From a virus (taxonomy: Duplodnaviria > Caudoviricetes), in IMG/VR virus record IMGVR_UViG_3300030117_002594, positions 1 through 53,482 of that record: 53,482 nucleotides of DNA. The stretch is one strand, 5' to 3'. Of the stretch, positions 45,902-53,482 are shown one piece after another; position 1 is the first letter of the stretch; the number at the start of each line of letters is the position of its first letter. The notes beneath the pieces were generated by a model that was not told the origin of the DNA, did not search any database, and saw nothing but the letters and a program-made list of their open reading frames with translations. The position numbers and the translations under genes were made by a program.

Positions 45902-46804
45902 ATGATAGAAGAAACAACTGGCAACTCAAATCCATCTAATGAAGTATCTAGTGAAGATGCTCAAAAAGGTGTATTTGACTCTAGTGATTCTTTTTTTGAT
46001 GCTCTAGACAATGATGTTAATGGTGCAGTTCTTGAAGAAGAACAATCAAGGGAAGTTCAACAAGAATCAAACGAGTCAATTACAGAAACAGCAACTCAGG
46101 AAACTGACCCTGTTAAAGAAAATGACAATGATACAATAGACTGGGAAAAAAGATATAAAGATTCCAGTCGAGAAGCTCAAAGGTTAAATGCCGAACTCCA
46201 AGAGTTCCAACCAATTAAACCTTTAGTTGATTACATGAAAAGAGATAGTGGACTAGTGGATACTATTCGAGGCTACCTGCAAAATGGTGGACAAACGCCT
46301 CAATCAGTACAAAATCAACTGAACTTATCAGAAGATTTTATATTCGATGGGCATGATGCAGTTACTGACCCTAAGTCAGAATCTGCTCAAGTACTTAATC
46401 AAATGGTAGATGCTACTGTTCAAAAACGAGTCAACAATATATTAGATAAAGAAAAACAAGTTGCAATGCAAAATCAAGCAAAAAAAGAAAAACTTAATGA
46501 AGCACAAGAGTTTATGAAAAAAACTGGAATGTCTGAAGAAGATTTTACTGAAATGCTAAATAATGCTAAAGACAAAAAGTTTACTTATGATGATATGTAT
46601 TATTTAATGAATCGTGGAAAAGTTGAACAAAATGTAGCTAATTCTACCAAAACTGAGATGCTTAATCAAATGAATAAAGCAAGACAGATACCTACGTCTC
46701 AAGGTGGAACAAATAGCGCTCCTAAACCGACTAAGTCAGAGGACGATAATATATTTGATGCACTAATAGGCGCAGATGGAGGTCTAAACGATTTATTTAG
46801 TTAA
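45902..46804 (+). CDS. Capsid scaffolding protein
   Basis: Acidic N-terminus, DWEKRYKDSSREAQRL coiled coil; between portal and capsid. Confidence 0.75.
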   Translation: MIEETTGNSNPSNEVSSEDAQKGVFDSSDSFFDALDNDVNGAVLEEEQSREVQQESNESITETATQETDPVKENDNDTIDWEKRYKDSSREAQRLNAELQEFQPIKPLVDYMKRDSGLVDTIRGYLQNGGQTPQSVQNQLNLSEDFIFDGHDAVTDPKSESAQVLNQMVDATVQKRVNNILDKEKQVAMQNQAKKEKLNEAQEFMKKTGMSEEDFTEMLNNAKDKKFTYDDMYYLMNRGKVEQNVANSTKTEMLNQMNKARQIPTSQGGTNSAPKPTKSEDDNIFDALIGADGGLNDLFS

Positions 46805-46839
46805 GTAGTCTCTCAATAAACTTGTAAAGGAGATTACAA

Positions 46840-48327
46840 ATGGCAGATAATTTTAAATTATCCGACTTAAGTGTTGGGGCTGCTCCAAATGCGAGCAATC
46901 CTGGTACAGGGTCTTCCCTAAGTACAGGCGATTTAAGAAGAAGGTATAACTTTGGTGATAGAGTTTCTGAACTTAATATTTCACAAGACCCATTCTTTCG
47001 TTTTGTATCAATGGCGGCTAAAAAGCCAACAGATGACCCAAAATTTAAATTCACAGAACGTAGAGGTTCTTGGCATAAAAGATATGCTTATGTTACTGCT
47101 CATGGAGCATCAGCTGCTTTAGGAACAACAGAAGCTTCAGTTGCTGACGGTTTACTTGCTGCAGGAGATAAATATTTCTTCAAAATGGCTGCAGACTACA
47201 TGATGGCTGGTAACAGACAAAATGTTTATGGACAATCTACAAATGCTGTTGCAGTTGGCGCTCCAGGCACACAACCTAATTTCTTTTTACCTGGTCAGGT
47301 AATAAAGATTAATTTTGGTGCTGATGGCGTTCCAGGAACAATGACTGGTTATATTTTAGTTAAAGTTGTTTCTGTAGATACTGATACTGATTCAAATGCA
47401 GTTATACTAGAAACTAGTGTTGTTAAAGGAACTACAGGCGCTGCTGTAGATTTATGTTCTTTTGCAACTGCTAGTGCAGCAGAATCTCAAGTGTATGATG
47501 AAACTATTTCTGAAACACTAGAAGTTAAGAGATGCTACATTGTTGGTAATGCACATGCTGAAGGTACTGGTTACCCAGAAACATGGAAAGACCAGCCTTT
47601 TAGTACAGGTTATGGACAGACTCAAATCTGGAAAACAACTTGCGCTATGACTAACACTGCTAGAGCAACTGTTATGAAGCATGAAGGTAACGAATGGGCT
47701 AGAATCTGGAGAGAAAAACTAATCGAACATAAATATGATATTGAGCAATCTTTATTATTTGGTTCACAATATGAAGACTCAAATGGTATCTTGTATACAC
47801 AAGGTGCTGTAGACTTTGTAAGTAACTATGGTAATGTGTTTGGTTGGACAACAGGCAAAACTCAAGATGATTTCTTAGATGATATGTCTCGTTACTTTGA
47901 CCCAAGATACAACAACAATGGTGCTACTGTATTTTTCTGTAGTACTGAAGTTTACAACTGGTTCCACAAATTAGGTGGATACACTTCTGCTAATATTAAT
48001 AAAGATGACCAGTATAGAGCTGACATTCACATTACTAGCAAAAAACTTGCTGGTGGTGTTGAAATGGCTAAAGTAAACACAGTATATGGTGATATGAATC
48101 TTGTAAGAAACATTCACTTAGATGGCACAAATGTTAATATCTTAGCTATTGATATGGCTAAATGTGCTTACAGACCATTAGTTGGTAATGGTATAAATCG
48201 TGATACATCCGTCTACGTAGGTGTGCAAACACTCGAAAACTCTGGAGTCGACAGAAGAGTAGACCAAATCCTAACAGAAGCTGGTATGGAATGGTCAATG
48301 CCTGAATGCCACGCTGTTTGGTTATAA
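46840..48327 (+). CDS. Major capsid protein (SU10/DUF5309-like)
   Basis: GQTQIWKT..MTNTARAT, EHKYDIEQSLLFG, ILTEAGME motifs; strongly biased codon usage. Confidence 0.9.
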   Translation: MADNFKLSDLSVGAAPNASNPGTGSSLSTGDLRRRYNFGDRVSELNISQDPFFRFVSMAAKKPTDDPKFKFTERRGSWHKRYAYVTAHGASAALGTTEASVADGLLAAGDKYFFKMAADYMMAGNRQNVYGQSTNAVAVGAPGTQPNFFLPGQVIKINFGADGVPGTMTGYILVKVVSVDTDTDSNAVILETSVVKGTTGAAVDLCSFATASAAESQVYDETISETLEVKRCYIVGNAHAEGTGYPETWKDQPFSTGYGQTQIWKTTCAMTNTARATVMKHEGNEWARIWREKLIEHKYDIEQSLLFGSQYEDSNGILYTQGAVDFVSNYGNVFGWTTGKTQDDFLDDMSRYFDPRYNNNGATVFFCSTEVYNWFHKLGGYTSANINKDDQYRADIHITSKKLAGGVEMAKVNTVYGDMNLVRNIHLDGTNVNILAIDMAKCAYRPLVGNGINRDTSVYVGVQTLENSGVDRRVDQILTEAGMEWSMPECHAVWL

Positions 48328-48338
48328 GGAGATAACTT

Positions 48339-48842
48339 ATGGCAAATCCTATGTATGGTTCAAATAAGTTTGATAACCAAGTTGATAATGCAAATGGTGA
48401 CATAGTACATGTTGTTGCTGGTGCTGATGGAACAGCTATTGCTGGTGCTGAAACTAAAGTTTTAGTATCTGCTGATGCAGGTAACAGATATTTCGTTGAT
48501 ATATCTAGTAATACAGCATCATTTAGACTGCCTTCAGCTTATAGTAACAAAGGTATGCAAGTACATTTTCATTTAAGTATTGCATCTGATAATGAAGCTA
48601 CTAAAGATATGATTATATTCACTGATTCTACAGCTGAATTTATCATTGGTACTTGCTTAGATGGTGGTGCTGCACATGATAGTACTGTTGCTGATGACCA
48701 ACTTATGTTAGACACTTCTGCTGGCGCAGCTGGTGGTGGTGACAGAGTAAGTTTAGTATGTGATGGTATACATTGGTATATTACTGAAGCAATCGCACTA
48801 AGTGCTGATGCTTTTGTATCAGGTACTGCAACTAGGTCGTAA
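48339..48842 (+). CDS. Capsid decoration/head-fibre protein
   Basis: Directly after the MCP; shares a 'L...G....LP....G...F...CDG..WY' domain with the fibre C-terminus. Confidence 0.6.
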   Translation: MANPMYGSNKFDNQVDNANGDIVHVVAGADGTAIAGAETKVLVSADAGNRYFVDISSNTASFRLPSAYSNKGMQVHFHLSIASDNEATKDMIIFTDSTAEFIIGTCLDGGAAHDSTVADDQLMLDTSAGAAGGGDRVSLVCDGIHWYITEAIALSADAFVSGTATRS

Positions 48843-48860
48843 AACTGATAAATAAATAAT

Positions 48861-48914
48861 GACTGGAGCGCTCCTTATGGTGAGCTTCCCTCCCTGTAAG
48901 GAGCGTTTCTAGTC
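48861..48914 (+). terminator. 20-bp hairpin after the capsid genes (terminator or processing site)
   Basis: GACUGGAGCGCUCCUUAUGG pairs with CUGUAAGGAGCGUUUCUAGUC; loop UGAGCUUCCCUCC. Confidence 0.6.
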
Positions 48915-48967
48915 TTAACTTAAACAAGCTCATTCACGCTAGCCAGCGCTTAGAGCAGGAGGAAAAA

Positions 48968-49252
48968 ATGGCAAGAGGAAAACATAAAGGTATACAACAT
49001 TATACCGTACAAGAATCAAACAATCTTTTATTAGGTCAACTTGGTTTTGATAAAGTATCAGAAGGTACTGCAGAAACTGGTAATTGGGTTGCAATATACA
49101 ATCCTGACGGTAGTGCAGTAGAAGTTGCAGTTACTTGTTCACTAGGAGATAGTACAACTATTAATATAGTATCAGGAACTTATTTATATGGGCCTTTTAC
49201 ATCTATAGAAGTTAATACAAGTAGCAAGCATGTTATTGCTTACAGAGGCTAA
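48968..49252 (+). CDS. Small beta-rich virion protein
   Basis: SD AGGAGG; ends GTYLYGPFTSIEV...VIAYRG. Confidence 0.7.
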   Translation: MARGKHKGIQHYTVQESNNLLLGQLGFDKVSEGTAETGNWVAIYNPDGSAVEVAVTCSLGDSTTINIVSGTYLYGPFTSIEVNTSSKHVIAYRG

Positions 49253-49253
49253 T

Positions 49254-49418
49254 ATGGACTTAGATACATTAAAATCAGCAACAATAGGAGGTAGTAGTAT
49301 GGCTATACAGTGCATAGAAATACTTCCTGATATAGTTAGGTTAGGAGTAGGTATTGCAACTATAGTTTATTTTGTTTATAAAATAGCATTAATAAGAAAA
49401 GAGTTAGCAAAAAACTAA
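49254..49418 (+). CDS. Holin-like small membrane protein (start reassigned to 49254)
   Basis: 54 aa; TM IVRLGVGIATIVYFVYKIALI with basic tail. Confidence 0.5.
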   Translation: MDLDTLKSATIGGSSMAIQCIEILPDIVRLGVGIATIVYFVYKIALIRKELAKN

Positions 49419-49433
49419 TTTAATTACTATATT
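49405..49433 (+). promoter_or_regulatory. Promoter-like TAGCAA-N17-TATATT before leaderless ATG 49439
   Basis: No SD; -10 hexamer ends 5 nt before the ATG. Confidence 0.45.
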
Positions 49434-49438
49434 ATATT

Positions 49439-50761
49439 ATGAACATTGCAGAACATATAGCATATCTAATAGGAGATTTTAAAAGAGTAGTAATACCAAA
49501 TTACCCTGATACTCCAACAGTCCCAGAATTGTTAGACAAGCCAGATAGTGAGCAAGGTTTTGATTTTATACCAAAGCCTGAACCAGCTCCTGATGGTGAT
49601 ACAGGACAAGCATTTCCTGATGGAAGTGGAGACCCTTATCAAGGAGTAGGAGATAAACCTAATAAAATTGGTCCAGGAGGATTAGATGATACAATTATTA
49701 TTGATGACCCTGGAGAAGATGATGAAGAAATAGGTGGTGACCCTGCTCCTGCGATGTTAGTTACATCGTCAGAAATACCTACAGTAGACTATATTAAAAA
49801 AGAAATATTAGAGCAATGGATACAAGATAGTATTGTTAAAATATCTAAACTTATGCCAATAAATTTAAAATTACACTTAACTAAAAGTAAATCTTTTACA
49901 GCAGGTGAATGGCAAAGTGATTTAACAGATGGTATTGGATATGATTTAAATAATTTAGAAAGTAGTGATATAAATGGTGTAATGAGATATGATGGAGAAA
50001 TAGCATACGAAGCTAGAATGATACCTTTTCATCAAAGAAGTAAAGCAAGATTTGGTAGTGGATTTTTAGATGAATGCTCTGAAACAGACCCTATATATTA
50101 TATAAATGAAATGCGATTAATGGTAGAGCCTAAACCAGAAGATACACATTTAGATGCATTAGATGGTTTTTGTACTATTGATTATATTTGTTATCCTAAA
50201 CCAGATGTTAATGATGAAAGTTTAACAGATATACCTTTTGATATGCATCAAATAATTTTAATAGCAACTGCTGTTAGATGTAAAAAGTTTGAAATAGATT
50301 CTTTAGAAATACCTATTATACCTGTATTAAATGAAAACTTTCAAGGTATTAGACTTGACAATCCAGATACAGTAGATGCTATAGAAAAAGCACAAATGTT
50401 AATAGATAATTACTCAGGCAATTCTTTTAAAGATTTTTTAGAAACAGAAGATATTGAAATGGCTAAAATAGCATTAACAGGTTCTGCAAGTGAACTGCAA
50501 ATAGCAGCATTAGAGCTTTCTGAGCAAGAAAAAGCTGGAGGCCAGTATTTAGCAGAGTTTGCACAAAACATTAGTAATTTTGCTCAAAGTATTAGTAAAT
50601 TTGCAACAAGTTATAAAAAGCTTAGTGATGACTATGATACATTACAATCAGAATATCAAGAATTAATATATTCTATGAGAGGTGAGTTACCTAATAAAAA
50701 ACAATTAAAAGATACTGAAAAAAGATTAGAAAATATTAGACAGGTGGTAAATAGAAGATAA
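49439..50761 (+). CDS. Head-tail adaptor/tail tubular A-like protein with a Pro/Asp/Gly insertion
   Basis: 'LEQWIQDSI', 'DPIYYINE.RL.VEP', 'IPFDMHQIILI' pattern and C-terminal coiled coil. Confidence 0.55.
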   Translation: MNIAEHIAYLIGDFKRVVIPNYPDTPTVPELLDKPDSEQGFDFIPKPEPAPDGDTGQAFPDGSGDPYQGVGDKPNKIGPGGLDDTIIIDDPGEDDEEIGGDPAPAMLVTSSEIPTVDYIKKEILEQWIQDSIVKISKLMPINLKLHLTKSKSFTAGEWQSDLTDGIGYDLNNLESSDINGVMRYDGEIAYEARMIPFHQRSKARFGSGFLDECSETDPIYYINEMRLMVEPKPEDTHLDALDGFCTIDYICYPKPDVNDESLTDIPFDMHQIILIATAVRCKKFEIDSLEIPIIPVLNENFQGIRLDNPDTVDAIEKAQMLIDNYSGNSFKDFLETEDIEMAKIALTGSASELQIAALELSEQEKAGGQYLAEFAQNISNFAQSISKFATSYKKLSDDYDTLQSEYQELIYSMRGELPNKKQLKDTEKRLENIRQVVNRR

Positions 50762-51054
50762 TGGAAGTAAAAGATATTATATCACAAGTAGAAAATATTT
50801 TTGGTAGAAAACCAAATAAATATTTAATGCAAATAATAAATGATGGTCTTATGGATATTGCATCTAAAAGACTAACAAATGAAGATACTGCTGTTACAGA
50901 TTTAATAAAAGATTTAAGGTATTATGAAATGCCTCCTGGATTATTAAAGGTTGTTGGAGTAGAGATAAAACAAGAAAATACAGATGGCGGATTAGAATTT
51001 GCACCTATTAGAAAAATATCTAGAAGTGTTTTAACTATAGGGGATGAATCATAA
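50761..51054 (+). CDS. Adaptor-like protein, N-terminal-half type
   Basis: VKDIISQV...LMQIINDG...YYEMPPGLLKV. Confidence 0.55.
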   Translation: MEVKDIISQVENIFGRKPNKYLMQIINDGLMDIASKRLTNEDTAVTDLIKDLRYYEMPPGLLKVVGVEIKQENTDGGLEFAPIRKISRSVLTIGDES

Positions 51055-51440
51055 TGTTAAAAGACACTGCTAAAACATTTTTATGGTTTATTGATGAAGA
51101 AAGGCTTGGTATAGTCCAAAAGAATGAGTCTGAAGATGCAACAGGGAAGATACTAAAAGAATTTAAAAGCCCTACTATAAGTATAGGTATGGGTATTAGA
51201 ATAAGATATAAGGCTAATTATAGGCCTGTAGAAAAAAATAATCAAGATTTAGAGAGACATTCTAATTTACATGAAAGTCTACATCCTGCGCTAGTTGATT
51301 ATGTTAAAGCTAGATTGTATGAAGATGCAGGAGATTTAAAAACAGCACAATATTACAGACAATTATATGAAGTTAAAGTAAGAAAATTTCCAGATAGTCG
51401 AGACCCTGGTGGTATTGTAAAACAATATTTTAAGTTTTAG
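51054..51440 (+). CDS. Adaptor-like protein, C-terminal-half type
   Basis: WFIDEERLGI...IRY...LHESLHPALVDYVKARLYE...AQYYRQLYE. Confidence 0.55.
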   Translation: MLKDTAKTFLWFIDEERLGIVQKNESEDATGKILKEFKSPTISIGMGIRIRYKANYRPVEKNNQDLERHSNLHESLHPALVDYVKARLYEDAGDLKTAQYYRQLYEVKVRKFPDSRDPGGIVKQYFKF

Positions 51441-51449
51441 GAGAAACAA

Positions 51450-53482
51450 ATGAGCAAAAATAAAAACTGGTTTATAGAAAGTACGGTTGAAGCTGGAGAA
51501 GTTATCATAAATGATGGTGGTTCTGCAGTTGATTTTCGTATAGAAGGAGATACAGACCCTAATCTGTTAGTCACAGATGGGAGTGCTGATAAAGTTGGTA
51601 TAGGTACTAACGCTCCAGCAACAAAATTAGAGGTTACATCAGACAGCGTTGGAGAAGTAATTGCTGCTGTTAACCATAACGTATCATCAACAATGCCTGC
51701 AGAAATAGTAATGAAAAAAGGTAGGGGAAGTAGGTCTTTACCTGGGACTATTGTAGATGGTGATGAATTAGGACAAATATCTTTTCAAGGATTTGACGGT
51801 AGTAACTATGATGAACTTGCTCACATCAAAGTTGCATCTACCTCAGTTTCTTCTGATACTTCTTCTATGACATTTCATTCTGATAAATTTGTTTTTGATA
51901 CTGGGACTTTTCAAATTGGAGCTTCTGGTAATGCAGTTTCTTCTATAGCAACTACTGTTGATACAAACTCTTTAGATACTGAACTTTGTACAGCAAAAGC
52001 TGCTTTTACTGCCTTAGCAGGTGGAACTGTAACATTTAATAATACTACTGGTAGTGTTGCATATACAAATGCTGATGTATCAGGGAATGTAGGTAAAGTA
52101 TACTATTTATCAAGCCATTCTAGTGACGGAACATTTGCTCCTTCTATTTTAGAGGCTAATGCATCTAGAGTACATGTTGGTGGAGATGTTGATAGTAGTT
52201 ATGTATTTAAAGTTACAGGAGCATCTGCGATTGTAGGTGCTACAACAATTACAGGAGCAACTCAAGTTACTGGAGCGCTTACAGTAGGTGTAGATGATAC
52301 AGGGCATGATGTTAAATTGTTTGGTGCAACTGCAGGAACATTTTTATTATGGGATGAATCTGCTGATTCTTTACTGCTTGGTGCAGACACAAAAGGTGTT
52401 ACATTAAAAGCATTTGGTGCAACTACTAACAAAGTATTGCATTGGGATGAGGCAAATAATAAACTAAATGTTCATGGTGGTATGGAATTAGGACATGCTC
52501 AATCTGATGAAATATTAGTAAAGGGTAAGTTTAAACTAAAAGCAGATGATGATACATTTAAATTTTATTCACAAAGTGCAAGTCAAGCAGAAGATATATT
52601 CCAAATATACAACGAATCTGATGTTAAAAGTGTTTGGGTAGAAGATACAGGTGAATTAAATGTTCAAAGTAATATTAAATTTAATGCTGCTTCAGCAGGC
52701 GCTATAAAAATGGGTTCTTTAGGAATAGGTCTTGCAAGCGCTACTAGCTTAATAAATTTTGATATAGATTCTGCTGGTAGTAAAAGTTTTGCTCTTGGTC
52801 AAGGAACTGTAACTAGATTACTTATAGATGCTGATGGAGATATGAGCTATATATCTCCTGCTGTTATATGGAACTCAAGTACATCTTATACTATTAACTC
52901 ACCTAAATTAATAGTTAATGATACTTCAGGTTCTGCTACTGCAGGAGTAATTGAAGCATCAAAATTAACTACAAGTTCTGGAGGTCTTACAATAGACTCT
53001 GCAGGAGGTACAGTTACAGTAGATGATAACTTAACAGTAACAGGAACTTTAACTGCTACAACTGTTGATTTTTCAGAAACTGCTAGTACAACATTTGCAT
53101 TAGATAAAACTGGATTAAATCTTAAATTAAAAGCAGTTAATATAACTGATTCTAGCCTTCCAATAGCAGTAGGCAAGTTTATACATCCTGTTGACAGCAC
53201 AGGTAATGTTGGTACAGCAGGTATTGCTGCTCAATATATACATTCAGATAATGATATGATTATATCAACAAAAGATTCTACAGACGATATTATATTAGCT
53301 GCAGGTTATAACCATGATTCAGGTGATGTTAAAATTGGAACATCTACATCTAAACAATCTAATTTAATATGTTATGGTGATGCAACTGTTTCTGGAAACT
53401 TAACAGTAAGTGGAACATTAAGTGGTAGTTTTGATATAGACAATACAACTTCTGCAGATTTTCAATTAGATAGCGCAGGAAA
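51450..53482 (+). CDS. N-terminal part of tail/virion fibre protein (runs off the window end; absent from ORF track)
   Basis: SD AGGAG then ATG 51450; MSKNKNWFIESTVEAGEVIINDGGSAVDFRIEGDTDPNLL...KVGIGTNAP; repeats 'VK.FGAT....L.WDE'. Confidence 0.85.
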   Translation, partial: MSKNKNWFIESTVEAGEVIINDGGSAVDFRIEGDTDPNLLVTDGSADKVGIGTNAPATKLEVTSDSVGEVIAAVNHNVSSTMPAEIVMKKGRGSRSLPGTIVDGDELGQISFQGFDGSNYDELAHIKVASTSVSSDTSSMTFHSDKFVFDTGTFQIGASGNAVSSIATTVDTNSLDTELCTAKAAFTALAGGTVTFNNTTGSVAYTNADVSGNVGKVYYLSSHSSDGTFAPSILEANASRVHVGGDVDSSYVFKVTGASAIVGATTITGATQVTGALTVGVDDTGHDVKLFGATAGTFLLWDESADSLLLGADTKGVTLKAFGATTNKVLHWDEANNKLNVHGGMELGHAQSDEILVKGKFKLKADDDTFKFYSQSASQAEDIFQIYNESDVKSVWVEDTGELNVQSNIKFNAASAGAIKMGSLGIGLASATSLINFDIDSAGSKSFALGQGTVTRLLIDADGDMSYISPAVIWNSSTSYTINSPKLIVNDTSGSATAGVIEASKLTTSSGGLTIDSAGGTVTVDDNLTVTGTLTATTVDFSETASTTFALDKTGLNLKLKAVNITDSSLPIAVGKFIHPVDSTGNVGTAGIAAQYIHSDNDMIISTKDSTDDIILAAGYNHDSGDVKIGTSTSKQSNLICYGDATVSGNLTVSGTLSGSFDIDNTTSADFQLDSAG

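Noticed and set aside
1-53482. Stop-codon reassignment as in some crAss-like phages
   Set aside because: The standard code gives dense full-length ORFs, and TAA, TAG and TGA all end genes at sensible boundaries.

Overview
This window looks like a complete, circularly permuted, AT-rich genome of a lytic podovirus-type phage. The last 7 nt (CAGGAAA) repeat the first 7 nt, and collapsing them joins 51450..53482 and 1..1091 into one ~1038-aa fibre gene (~53,475 bp circle). The + strand arm (39.2 kb through the junction to 26.9 kb) encodes TerS-like, basic micro-proteins, TerL, P22-like portal, scaffold, major capsid, adaptors, fibres, tail nozzle, a metallophosphoesterase and five ejection proteins. 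One of these is a 1496-aa single-subunit double-psi-beta-barrel RNA polymerase (crAss vRNAP/YonO/QDE-1 type motifs). The - strand arm (38.9 to 26.9 kb) carries small early genes separated by many structured RNA elements, then a Sak4-like ATPase, SSB-like protein, spore photoproduct lyase, AEP primase-helicase, Gp157, DUF932 and a resolvase. I found no standalone DNA polymerase, integrase, tRNA or CRISPR. The strongest candidate new system: the ~4,570 aa of ejection proteins contain only four cysteines, all at facing termini of three adjacent giant proteins, suggesting a head-to-tail disulfide-linked train with the RNA polymerase in the middle. Also notable are a circularly permuted Sak4/AAA_24 ATPase and an unannotated stand-alone SEC-C micro-protein. 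All family calls rest on motif recognition by eye, not database searches.
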